Part shown: positions 41,333 to 50,874 of the stretch, in pieces
How the letters are laid out: every line of letters starts with the position of its first letter
Position numbering within the stretch: the first letter of the stretch is position 1
Sequence record: SRR20825019_1535
Strand: one strand, 5' to 3'
Length of the DNA: 64,000 nucleotides
Program-made: the position numbers and the translations under genes
The notes under the pieces: model-generated
The model's input: the letters and a program-made list of their open reading frames with translations, nothing else
Database searches by the model: none
Told to the model about the DNA's origin: nothing

Positions 41333-42172
41333 TCATTTACACGGATAGGGCCAGATCCGCCTGGCATTCGCGGGCACCGGCGTGCCGTCCGTCTTCAGAT
41401 AGGCGACCGGCACGGATTTGTCCGACGACGGCAACTGGGCAAGCTCCGCCGAGACATACGGGCCTTCGGGCCGGTAGAAGGCGACCGGGTCCATGAAGAA
41501 GCCGTCGGCGGGCACGAACACGCGGCCGTCATTGCTCCAGGATGGCGTGGTGCTGAACAGGATGGCGAAATGCAGTGCGTCGCGCCGGATGTTCCGGCCC
41601 ATCTTGCCCGAATTGCCGGTTTTCCCGATCTCGGCGCCCATAGCTACGGCGTCACCGATGGCAAGCGCCGGCATTTCGGTCAGATGGGTGTATTGCGAGT
41701 AGGTCCAGAAGGGCAGACCGGTCTGCTCCGGGGTGTGGCGCAGGGCGATCTCGATGCCCTTGCGGTTGCCGTCATTCTCGAACACCGCGATCACCGTGCC
41801 GGCGGCCACGGCCAGGATCGGCGTGCCGCGCGGCTGCGGGATATCGACGCCCTTGTGCCGGGCCGGCCACGGGCGCTTGCCGGTATAATTGATGGCCCAG
41901 CCCTCGGTATCGATCCCGGGACAGCTGAGCTCATCGGGGAAGGCCGGTTTCAGGCCGGTCCTGACCACACCGCGCGCCTCCTGGATCTCGACGCTGCGGA
42001 CCTTGTCGCTCCGCCTGGCCTTGCCGACCATCAGATAGAGATCCCCGTCGATCGCATCGGGCGGCACGAACCCGTCGAGCCCGGCACAGGCGGCGCACGG
42101 CTCCGCGGCGGCCAGGGATGGGGCGAGCAGGAAGAGGCAGAACACAAGAGCCGGCAGAGATGCGGATTTCAT
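41333..42172 (-). CDS. secreted M23 family metallopeptidase
   Basis: Signal peptide; HKGVD, YTHL, GNSG, ALHF. Confidence 0.85.
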   Translation of the reverse strand: MKSASLPALVFCLFLLAPSLAAAEPCAACAGLDGFVPPDAIDGDLYLMVGKARRSDKVRSVEIQEARGVVRTGLKPAFPDELSCPGIDTEGWAINYTGKRPWPARHKGVDIPQPRGTPILAVAAGTVIAVFENDGNRKGIEIALRHTPEQTGLPFWTYSQYTHLTEMPALAIGDAVAMGAEIGKTGNSGKMGRNIRRDALHFAILFSTTPSWSNDGRVFVPADGFFMDPVAFYRPEGPYVSAELAQLPSSDKSVPVAYLKTDGTPVPANARRIWPYPCK

Positions 42173-42290
42173 CAGGTGTTTCCCGGTGGTGAGCCAATAT
42201 GCCCCGATACGGGCGGGTCTCGACTGTGGCTAGATGATGCCGCATGCAGGTGCTGCAGGATAGCGTGGATCGGGGGCGCAAAGAGGGCCG

Positions 42291-45011
42291 ATGATGAAAG
42301 ATCCTACGGAGCGGGACGCGGTGAACATCTGGCACGCAGCGACGGCTGAAGAGGCTCTTGCGGCTCTGGGCACGGATATTGGCGGGCTTTCACATGAAGA
42401 GGCAGCGGCGCGGCTTGAAAAACATGGCCCCAATCGCCTGCCGGAGCCGGCAAAGCGCGGTGCGTTCTTCCGCTTTATCCTGCATTTCCACAATATCCTG
42501 ATCTATGTGCTGCTTGGTTCCGCCGTGATCACCACGGCGCTCGGCCATCTCATCGATACCTCTGTCATCCTCGCCGTTGTCATCGCCAATGCGGTCATCG
42601 GCTTCGTGCAGGAAGGCAAGGCGGAAAAGGCGATGGACGCCATCCGCAAGATGCTGGCGCTGAAGGCGTCGGTGCTGCGCGGGGGAGAGCGCCGTGCGGT
42701 GGACGGCGACAACCTCGTTTCCGGCGACATCGTCCTGCTTGAGGCGGGAGACAAGGTGCCAGCGGATCTGCGCCTGTTGCAGGTGAGCTCCCTGCAGATC
42801 CAGGAAGCCATTCTGACCGGCGAGTCGGTGCCGGTGGAAAAGCATACCGGGCCGGTGCAGCGCGAGGCCCCGCTGGGGGACCGGGTCTGCATGGCCTATA
42901 GCGGAACCCTGGTCACCAGCGGACAGGGCCGGGGGATCGTGGTTGCCACGGGGGGCGGGACCGAGATCGGCCGGATCAGCGGCCTGCTGTCCGGTGTCGA
43001 GACGCTGACCACGCCGCTGGTCCGGCAGATGAACGCCTTCGCCAAGTGGCTGACAGTTCTGATCCTGCTGATCGCAACCGCCCTGCTGGTCTTCGGCTAT
43101 CATTTCGGGGAGTCCGGTTTTGCCGAACTGTTCATGGCGGTTGTCGGCCTGTCCGTGGCGGCGATACCGGAAGGCCTGCCCGCCGTTCTGACAATCACCC
43201 TGGCCGTCGGCGTGCAGGCCATGGCGCGACGCAATGCCATTGTCCGCCGCCTGCCGGCGATCGAGACGCTCGGCTCCGTCTCGGTGATCTGCACGGACAA
43301 GACCGGGACGCTGACCCGGAACGAGATGATGGCCGCCTCCATTGCCACCAGCGCGCATACCTTCTCGCTGGAAGGCACGGGGTATGAGCCGCGCGGCGCG
43401 ATCACGCTGAACAATGCCGCCGTCAGTGTCGGCGAGCATCATGTGCTTGAGGAACTGGGCCGTTCCGCCGCTCTCTGCAACGATGCCTCCCTGCACGAAC
43501 GGGACGGCGTGTGGCATGTCGAGGGAGACCCGATGGAAGGCGCGTTGCTAGCGCTGTCCGGCAAGCTCGGCATCGACACGCGGGCGGAGCTTGCCGCCTG
43601 GACGCGCACCGACGCGATCCCGTTCGACGCCAGGCACCGTTTCATGGCCACCCTGAACCATGACCACGACAATCATGCAGTCGTGTCGATCAAGGGCGCG
43701 CCTGAACGGATCCTGGCAATGTGCAGCACGCAGCGGAGCGCATCGGGCGGCACCGAGCCGCTGCTGGCGGAGGACTGGCATGCCCGGGCCGAGGCGATCG
43801 CCGCCGAGGGCCAGCGCGTGCTCGCCTTTGCCGTCCGCCCGGTCGATCCCGGGCACACCGTGCTTGAATTCTCAGACGTTGAATCGGATCTGGTTCTGGT
43901 TGGTCTGGTCGGGCTGATCGACCCGCCCCGGCCCGAAGCCATCGAGGCCGTGAGCGCCTGCCACGATGCCGGTATCCGGGTGAAAATGATCACCGGGGAC
44001 CATCGCGGCACGGCCGCCGCGATCGGCCGGCAGATCGGCCTGCAAAGCCCGGACAAGGTTCTGACCGGGGCCGATCTGGACGCCATGGACGACACCGCGC
44101 TGGCCGCCTGCATCCTTGAGACGGACATCTTTGCCCGCACCAGCCCCGAGCACAAGCTCCGGCTGGTCATGGCCCTGCAGGCGCATGGTCTGACCGTCGC
44201 CATGACCGGCGACGGGGTCAATGACGCTCCGGCTTTGAAGCGCGCCGATGCGGGCATCGCCATGGGGCTGAAGGGCAGCGAGGCGGCCAAAGAAGCCGCG
44301 GAGCTTGTTCTGGCGGACGACAATTTCGCGTCCATCGCAGCGGCCGTGCGCGAGGGCCGGACCGTCTATGACAACATCAAGAAGGTCATAAGCTGGACCC
44401 TGCCGACCAATGCCGGCGAGGCCATGACCATCATTGTCGCCCTGCTGTTCGGCATGACGCTGCCGATCACGCCGGTGCAGATCCTCTGGGTCAACCTGAT
44501 CACCGCCATCACGCTGGGCATGGCGCTGGCCTTCGAGCCGACGGAAGAGGACACCATGCGCCGCCCGCCACGCCGGCGCGGCGAACCGCTGCTGACCGGC
44601 GCGCTGGGCTGGCATATCCTCTTCGTCTCCGCCCTGTTCCTCGGCGGCGTTTTCGGCATCTACACCTATGCCACCGATCGCGGCTACCCGGTCGATCTGG
44701 CCCGCACCATGGCCATGAACACCCTGGTGGTGATGGAAATCTTCCACCTGTTCTTCATCCGGAATATCTACGGCACCTCGCTGACCTGGAAGGCGGTGCG
44801 CGGCACAAAAGTCGTCTGGGCCACAATCCTCGCCGTCACGGCGGCGCAGTTCATCATCACCTATGCCCCGCCGCTGCAAGGCGTCTTCGGTACACAGCCC
44901 GTGCCGTTCCTGGACGGCGTTCTGATCGTTGCCACCGGCGTGGCGCTGTTCGCCATCGTGGAAACGGAGAAGCAACTCCGCCTGCGCATCTGGAAGCGCG
45001 GGTCGGAGTGA
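42291..45011 (+). CDS. cation-transporting P-type ATPase (type II)
   Basis: TGES, PEGLP, DKTGTLT, KGAPE, TGDGVNDAPAL. Confidence 0.95.
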   Translation: MMKDPTERDAVNIWHAATAEEALAALGTDIGGLSHEEAAARLEKHGPNRLPEPAKRGAFFRFILHFHNILIYVLLGSAVITTALGHLIDTSVILAVVIANAVIGFVQEGKAEKAMDAIRKMLALKASVLRGGERRAVDGDNLVSGDIVLLEAGDKVPADLRLLQVSSLQIQEAILTGESVPVEKHTGPVQREAPLGDRVCMAYSGTLVTSGQGRGIVVATGGGTEIGRISGLLSGVETLTTPLVRQMNAFAKWLTVLILLIATALLVFGYHFGESGFAELFMAVVGLSVAAIPEGLPAVLTITLAVGVQAMARRNAIVRRLPAIETLGSVSVICTDKTGTLTRNEMMAASIATSAHTFSLEGTGYEPRGAITLNNAAVSVGEHHVLEELGRSAALCNDASLHERDGVWHVEGDPMEGALLALSGKLGIDTRAELAAWTRTDAIPFDARHRFMATLNHDHDNHAVVSIKGAPERILAMCSTQRSASGGTEPLLAEDWHARAEAIAAEGQRVLAFAVRPVDPGHTVLEFSDVESDLVLVGLVGLIDPPRPEAIEAVSACHDAGIRVKMITGDHRGTAAAIGRQIGLQSPDKVLTGADLDAMDDTALAACILETDIFARTSPEHKLRLVMALQAHGLTVAMTGDGVNDAPALKRADAGIAMGLKGSEAAKEAAELVLADDNFASIAAAVREGRTVYDNIKKVISWTLPTNAGEAMTIIVALLFGMTLPITPVQILWVNLITAITLGMALAFEPTEEDTMRRPPRRRGEPLLTGALGWHILFVSALFLGGVFGIYTYATDRGYPVDLARTMAMNTLVVMEIFHLFFIRNIYGTSLTWKAVRGTKVVWATILAVTAAQFIITYAPPLQGVFGTQPVPFLDGVLIVATGVALFAIVETEKQLRLRIWKRGSE

Positions 45012-45096
45012 GCTGAGCGGCAACCTACCGCCGTCACCCCGGCTCCCGTCACCCCGGTTCATCTCGGCGCACGCCACCCCGACACACCCCCACCAT

Positions 45097-45178
45097 CGTC
45101 ATCCCTGCGGACGCAGGGACCCAGAGATCGTAGAGCGCCACCCGCCATCCCTGGGTCCCCATTTTCATGGGGATGACG
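45097..45178. repeat. REP-like palindromic doublet
   Basis: cgtcatccctgcggacgcagggacccag ... ctgggtccccattttcatggggatgacg. Confidence 0.8.
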
Positions 45179-45297
45179 TGTTTAGGGACGGGATGACGAT
45201 CAGTGTCTGGACACGTTAAGATTGCAGCGGCAATTAAGTCGGGAGTTCCTTTAGCTCAAGTGACGTGCCCCCTAAATCCGATTGAGAAAACGGCTCA

Positions 45298-45834
45298 ATG
45301 CCTGACCTGTCCGAATTCCTGACGTCCCGCCTTCGCCTTCGGCCATTTCGGCCGGAAGATCTTCCGTTCATTCAGAGGTATGCCTTGCGGGAATACTTCT
45401 GGAAGTTTCTTCCACTCGAACCGCAAACACCGGAAAGCGTGAAATCTTTCCTGGAGCGTAGATTGGCCGATGTTTGGGGGCACGGCAGCTATTGCTGCGC
45501 AGTTGAACTGATCGAAGCGTCGCATCTGATAGGAACAGTGCGCGTTGCCGTGACCGACGCCAAACATCGAAGCGGTGACGTTGGCTTTGCGCTGAGTGAC
45601 GAATTCTCGGGCAAGGGCTACATGACCGAGGCTGTGAGCCGGATTTTGCAAATCGGTTTCGAGGAACTCGAGCTTAACCGCATCTGGGCGACTGCCGATG
45701 TCTCGAATACGGCTTCGTGGCGGCTCATGGAACGGGTCGGTATGCAGCGTGAAGGCCTGTTGCGTCAGGATAAACTGATGCGCGGCGCGTGGCGCGATAG
45801 CTATCTCTATTCAATCTTGAACAGCGACACGTGA
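45298..45834 (+). CDS. GNAT family N-acetyltransferase (RimJ/RimL type)
   Basis: TSRLRLRPF, GKGYMTEAV, NTASWRLMERVGM, EGLLR. Confidence 0.9.
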   Translation: MPDLSEFLTSRLRLRPFRPEDLPFIQRYALREYFWKFLPLEPQTPESVKSFLERRLADVWGHGSYCCAVELIEASHLIGTVRVAVTDAKHRSGDVGFALSDEFSGKGYMTEAVSRILQIGFEELELNRIWATADVSNTASWRLMERVGMQREGLLRQDKLMRGAWRDSYLYSILNSDT

Positions 45835-45968
45835 TCCTGTGATGACGGCGCGCGCACGCGGGAAGACGAGAGTGGCGTACGGCGGTTTCAACCTGCGTCG
45901 TGACGGAAGGGCAGGAGCCGTTGCTCTTGAGCATAAGCCCGGTATCCTTTTCCAACGACACCCGCCGC

Positions 45969-46049
45969 CGTCACCCCGGCGCAGGCCGAGGCAATTGATC
46001 ATGGAGCGTTGCCCGTCATCCATGGATCCCGTCCTGCGACGGGATGACG
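45969..46049. repeat. REP-like palindromic doublet (degenerate)
   Basis: cgtcaccccggcgcaggccg ... catggatcccgtcctgcgacgggatgacg. Confidence 0.7.
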
Positions 46050-46129
46050 GGTAGGGATTGGCTGCGCCCGGCAATTAAGTGGTGTGTCCCTTTAATCTTC
46101 CCTTTGATTTTCTTTATTTCTTGATTTCT

Positions 46130-47665
46130 CTATGTCTGACTTTGTGTGTATCCACGAATATTGTGTATCGCAAATATTTTTGATGAAATTCGATCTCTGG
46201 TAAATTCAAAATCATTTTGAAGTTGTTCTTCAACTGATTGATCATTCGTTTTTATAGAATAAGCTTGAAGAATTTTCGGCTCGCCAAGAAATATTTTAAG
46301 TTTTTTTCCTTCTTGTATTTTTTCTGTCACTGGGCGACGTATTATAGAAAAGCAAACGCTGTCTGCGAATGGCTCAACAATCGAATATACGAAATCTTCT
46401 ATTTTCATTAGAGGTTCTGTATGTGTATCCGCATCAGTGTTAAGGGCAATGTCGATACTAAAAGATGGCTGATCAACAAGAGATTTTATTTCGATTAATC
46501 TAAATAAATCAGAAAATATTCCGTGTGCGCTTATTTCTACATCTGCTTTAAAGTGTGTTCGAAAAAAATGACAAATTTTTTTGAGGGTATTCCATGTTTC
46601 AATAGACTCTGAGTCATTAATTTTAATTTCTGCGCCGAGAATTCGTTTTTCCTCAATCCATAACTGAATGTCTACAGGGCCGTCATGGAACCATTTCATT
46701 ATAGTCGAGAAATTCTCTAGATCCATAATTTTTATTGATTTATTGGATTCGAATTCAATATAAAAATCAGATTTTTCATCGAGTCGCCATAGAATTTCGA
46801 GAAAAACAGCGGAAATACGGATTATCTTAAATCGATCGTCAAATTTACCCAGACCAGTTGAAAAAACCTGACCATCTAAAGAGACAGATTGGAGGGAATT
46901 TATTCCACGAAAGTCGATTCTGCATTCTGTCGGAGGTACTGGGCCAATGCTGGCGGTGCCTCCTTTAAATTCGATGAGAGGAAATTTATTGGAAAGTCCA
47001 AACCTAGAAGGTGTGAAGGTGAATTTCTCAATTTCTATAGGCTTTTCAATTCCAAGTAATTGTTTAATAAATCTATCTTCATCTTTCATGGAAAAAGTAA
47101 TGTTGCCATTTCCATATCCGTCCTCATATCCTAGGATTTCAGCATATTTTCTCTTTTTTATGTTGTAGAGTGAGCCGTGTTGAGAAATAATTTTTTCCAT
47201 CCAATCAAGTAAATCATATGTATGATCGTCTTTATCGTCGAATCGAAGATTGATATATTTTCGATTTAATCTGTGCCCTTCGATATCTGCTTGGCGCACG
47301 GCCTTAAGACTCTTGTAAATCAAATCATCCCAATAATGTAATGCATATATTTTTAATTCATGATCCTTGGGTTGATGGAAGAGAATTATAAACCAAGGAT
47401 CGTCGTGCTGGCTGGATTGTCTCGCGTTGGTGAGTTTTATTCGCGTTTGGCGAGCGACTTGGGTAGTAGATTTGATTTGAACATAGGCCCGACTTCCGGC
47501 CGGCATGCTCTCTGCGGGTCCAGAATACTCATTGGTCGGAAACTCCACCAAAAAATCCCAAGCCATCTCGTCTTCAGTGGCTGAATGGCAAAGAACTCCG
47601 GCCTCAGAACACATCGTTGCGAATTGTCTTTCACTTGCCTTAGGGCCTCTGCGAAGACGAGTCAT
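46130..47665 (-). CDS. AT-rich protein with an N-terminal PD-(D/E)XK-like (DUF4365-like) nuclease motif
   Basis: E..F...(DEMAW)DFLVEF...YVQIKST; composition far more AT-rich than the flanks; RBS AGAGG before ATG 47665. Confidence 0.65.
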   Translation of the reverse strand: MTRLRRGPKASERQFATMCSEAGVLCHSATEDEMAWDFLVEFPTNEYSGPAESMPAGSRAYVQIKSTTQVARQTRIKLTNARQSSQHDDPWFIILFHQPKDHELKIYALHYWDDLIYKSLKAVRQADIEGHRLNRKYINLRFDDKDDHTYDLLDWMEKIISQHGSLYNIKKRKYAEILGYEDGYGNGNITFSMKDEDRFIKQLLGIEKPIEIEKFTFTPSRFGLSNKFPLIEFKGGTASIGPVPPTECRIDFRGINSLQSVSLDGQVFSTGLGKFDDRFKIIRISAVFLEILWRLDEKSDFYIEFESNKSIKIMDLENFSTIMKWFHDGPVDIQLWIEEKRILGAEIKINDSESIETWNTLKKICHFFRTHFKADVEISAHGIFSDLFRLIEIKSLVDQPSFSIDIALNTDADTHTEPLMKIEDFVYSIVEPFADSVCFSIIRRPVTEKIQEGKKLKIFLGEPKILQAYSIKTNDQSVEEQLQNDFEFTRDRISSKIFAIHNIRGYTQSQT

Positions 47666-47681
47666 TTCCTCTCTCATCCCT

Positions 47682-48359
47682 CTAAATCAACTCCCGCTCC
47701 CGATCATCCGTCTCGCCGAACCGTTGCAGTGACGGCTTCTTCAGCCCCGCATAGAGCTTGTCGATCCCTTCATTGATCTCCCGGTTGTTCCGTTCGAACA
47801 GCGAGTTCCCGGCATAGTCGCTTTCGACCAGCAGCGGGCCGAATTTTTCCACTTCCAGCACCCACATGGCCTGGGCGATGCCGAGCTCGTCGAGCCAGTG
47901 TGCCGCCTTCACCTGTCTGATGCCGCGCCCGAGCAGGGCCCCGGTGCCGTAGCCGACTGTGGTCAGGTAGACCGCGCCGGCGGGGACGAAGAGGGTCTTG
48001 TAATCCTCCTCCGACATGCCGCCCTTGCCGATCACCATCTTGGCGCCGGAGGCCTTGAACCAGTCCTTCATCCATTTCGAAAACCGGAAGCTGGCCGTCG
48101 CGGTGACCGCGCTGACGTGCAGGCTGCCGTCCTCCTGCTCGGCGGCGGCGGGGGAGCAGTGGAAATTGACGTTGCCGAGCTCGGTGAAGGGGGCGGGCGG
48201 GGCCGCGCCGTCTGCCAGGATCTTTTTGTAGACGCCTTCCCGGGCCGTATAGATCAGCCCGTCGAGATAGACCACGTCGCCGAGTTCAAGCGCGGCCAGC
48301 GCCTCATCCGTGACGGGGGTCTTCAGGCGGACTGTCTTGCGCTCTGGGGCTTTTCCCAT
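47682..48359 (-). CDS. fumarate hydratase/tartrate dehydratase beta subunit (Fe-S hydro-lyase)
   Basis: LELGDVVYLDGLIYTARE, IGKGGM, LEVEKFGPL. Confidence 0.85.
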   Translation of the reverse strand: MGKAPERKTVRLKTPVTDEALAALELGDVVYLDGLIYTAREGVYKKILADGAAPPAPFTELGNVNFHCSPAAAEQEDGSLHVSAVTATASFRFSKWMKDWFKASGAKMVIGKGGMSEEDYKTLFVPAGAVYLTTVGYGTGALLGRGIRQVKAAHWLDELGIAQAMWVLEVEKFGPLLVESDYAGNSLFERNNREINEGIDKLYAGLKKPSLQRFGETDDRERELI

Positions 48360-49285
48360 GAGACCGTCTCCCGTCGCATATAGGGGGTGAACCAGTTCGG
48401 ATCGGTGCGGAATTCCGCCCTGCCGTCCGCATGAAGCCGCACCGTGGCGCGGCGGGAGGAGAGGCAGAAGGCGTGCAGGCTCATCGGCATGCCGCCTGTG
48501 TGCGTGAAGCCGGCCTCGATATGGCAATCGACCACCATGCTCTTGCCGACAAATCCCATGGCGCCCATGCCGATGGAATTGCCCAGCTCCTGCAGCTCCA
48601 GCTCCAGCGCGGCGATTTCGGGGTCCGGGTTGCGGTCGCCGACAATGCGCAGGCAGGCGGCCTGCTTGCCGAGTACCATGCAGGTGTCTTTCGAGCCGCC
48701 GAGCCCGACGCCGACAATCGCGGGCTGGCAGGCCAGGCCCCGTTTGCCGAAAGCGATCATGCCGTCGAGGAAGAAGCGCTTGATGCCGTCGATGCCGTCC
48801 CCCGGAAACAGCATCCGGTAATCGGTGCCGAACAGCCCGCCCTTGTGCACGGTGGTGATATCGACCCAGTCCGCGTCCGGCTCGAAGCTGTATTCGATCT
48901 CCGGCGCGTTGATGCCGATATTGTTGTTGTGGTCCGTCCGCCAGAGCGGATGCACCCGGTTCGGCCGCAGCGGAATATCGTGCGTGGCCCGGGCGGTGGC
49001 GGAGCGCAGCGCCTGCTCAAGCGCGATAAAACCGCCCTCGATCTTCGCCTCGTTCCCCGCCTTCACGTAATAGCGCGGCACGCCGGTATCGGCGCACATC
49101 GGCCGGCGGTCTTCCGACGCCGCCTCGTAATTCTCCAGCATGGCTTCCAGCACGAAGGCGGAAAGATCCCCGTCCTCCGCCGCGGCCATCCCCTTGATGC
49201 CTGCGAGATAGTCGTCCGGAATATCGATCCCGGCCTTGAACATGATCTCGTAGGCAGCCTGTTCGGCTGCTTCTTTACTGATCAC
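48323..49285 (-). CDS. fumarate hydratase/tartrate dehydratase alpha subunit
   Basis: PMCADTG, KGG, ACQPAIVGVGLGG, GMGAMG, CLSSRR; RBS GGAGGAG. Confidence 0.85.
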   Translation of the reverse strand: MISKEAAEQAAYEIMFKAGIDIPDDYLAGIKGMAAAEDGDLSAFVLEAMLENYEAASEDRRPMCADTGVPRYYVKAGNEAKIEGGFIALEQALRSATARATHDIPLRPNRVHPLWRTDHNNNIGINAPEIEYSFEPDADWVDITTVHKGGLFGTDYRMLFPGDGIDGIKRFFLDGMIAFGKRGLACQPAIVGVGLGGSKDTCMVLGKQAACLRIVGDRNPDPEIAALELELQELGNSIGMGAMGFVGKSMVVDCHIEAGFTHTGGMPMSLHAFCLSSRRATVRLHADGRAEFRTDPNWFTPYMRRETVSWEKPQSARQSA

Positions 49286-49444
49286 CGGCGCTCCTCCCCA
49301 GTTGCGTTGGCCTGTGCGGCACGCGGCTGGCGGGGACAAGCCTAATCCCATTTCAACCGGATGTGGAAGGGGAGCCGGTGAAAAGAGGGTGTCGCGCTGC
49401 CAACGCTTTGGATGGAGGAGCGCCAGTGAGCCCTGTGTGGCCGG

Positions 49445-50062
49445 TCAGCGAACGCTGACGATCTCCCAGACATCGCCGGGCCGCAGGCAGGCTGTGCCGA
49501 CCTGTTGCTGATTGCTGCTGCCGACCGCGACGCTGCGCCGGAACTCCCGGCAATAGTCGCCCGACGCGGGTGTCTTGCCTGCCTGCTGCTGCCATGCGCC
49601 GTCAGGCTGAAGGCAGGCGGTGCCGTATGCCGGAACCGCAGAACCGCCGATGCTGATCGTGTCCTGATACTCGCGGCAATGGGCTGTCGTGACGGGCGCC
49701 GGAGTGGGCGCGGGAGTGGGGACAGGCACGGGCACATAGGTTGGCACCCGGATCACTTTCGGGGGTGTTGCCGGGTAGACGGGCACGGCCTTATAGACGG
49801 TGCGCGTTTGCTTCCGGGACGTGACCCAGTGGCATTTGCCGCGCACGATCTCGTAATGCCCCGACCCGCGATGATGCACATTCTTGTTCTTGTAATAGGT
49901 CCGGCAATAGCTGTCGGGGTAATTGCCGTGATCATGCCTGTCCGGATTTTTCCAGGGCGCGGACAGGGCCTCGCCGGCGGCGAAGACAATCAGCATGCCA
50001 AGCAGACCGGCGGCGATGCGTAGGAAGAGAAGGCGGGGAGGCAAGATGGTGTGCATGGTCAT
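49445..50062 (-). CDS. exported protein with two 17-kDa-surface-antigen-like C-terminal repeats
   Basis: Hydrophobic N-terminus, Pro-rich linker, two CREY/F...GTACL.P...W repeats. Confidence 0.65.
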   Translation of the reverse strand: MTMHTILPPRLLFLRIAAGLLGMLIVFAAGEALSAPWKNPDRHDHGNYPDSYCRTYYKNKNVHHRGSGHYEIVRGKCHWVTSRKQTRTVYKAVPVYPATPPKVIRVPTYVPVPVPTPAPTPAPVTTAHCREYQDTISIGGSAVPAYGTACLQPDGAWQQQAGKTPASGDYCREFRRSVAVGSSNQQQVGTACLRPGDVWEIVSVR

Positions 50063-50253
50063 GGGAAATTCCGATCCCGGAAATGGTGTCTCGGAATAAG
50101 AACGGCCCAGCACGGGAAATCCGTCGCGGGCACGCGGTGCAAAAGTGCGTGACGCGGCTATTTCCCGTCCGGCTTCTTCAGCGCCCGCCGTCCGAAATCC
50201 TGAGAAGCTGGTCTGCGGTGTCAAACCCGGAGTGACCTCTCCAGGTGCTGACG

Positions 50254-50293
50254 GCCGAATAGGCCGTCAAGCCCTGCCGGGTGGGAAGCGGTC
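50254..50293 (+). repeat. 40-bp direct repeat, copy A
   Basis: gccgaataggccgtcaagccctgccgggtgggaagcggtc; 36/40 identical to 53435-53474. Confidence 0.9.
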
Positions 50294-50427
50294 AGACGGC
50301 GCACCCGTTAAGCGTTCGTTTCGATCGGCAGGCGCGTGCACCCAAAGTTTCCGATCCCGTCGGCGCGCAGAATGTCGGAGTTGGCGGTGACAGCCTCTTC
50401 CCAAAAATTGGCGCCACCATTCTCGAT

Positions 50428-50556
50428 CTACTCACCGAGGTTGCCGAGTGCTGGCACGATGGCGTTATTGAAAAAGGATTCGATCGTCATGCCGAGCTTC
50501 GACGTAAGTACGTCGGCATAGTAGTTCTTCCAGGAAGCGTCGACGGATGCGTGCAT
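50428..50556 (-). pseudogene. truncated paralog of the 60567-60925 gene
   Basis: MHASVDASWKNYYADVLTSKLGMTIESFFNNAIVPALGNLGE* versus YADVSAARHGKTIQSFLDDVTLPAI (11/25 identical). Confidence 0.6.
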
Positions 50557-50874
50557 TTTAGCCGGATAATATGGCCGCCGTTTCGGGTCAACGCGCCTTC
50601 TAAGATAGCAAATTGGGGGGAGTGGGTAGCTTCAACTATATCCCACCGAACGTCTTCCGGATGGCCTCATCCACGGCATCAGAAGGCAGGCCGCATCCAG
50701 GTCACGGCGCCTACCTTCCTGCTGCCCCGACGGTCAAGCTGCCGAAGTGGTTAGACCTCGACCACCACGCCGACCGCACGCGCGCACGACAGTGTGCAGG
50801 GGCTAATTTGGGCAATGGGTGGAAGGGGAGGCTGTGGCCTTCCCATGCTGACCCCTCTTCAGGCGCTACGCGGT

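Noticed and set aside
45839-46054. Possible transposase remnant after the GNAT gene
   Set aside because: Only a vague GFNLRR resemblance, and the ORF runs through a REP element.
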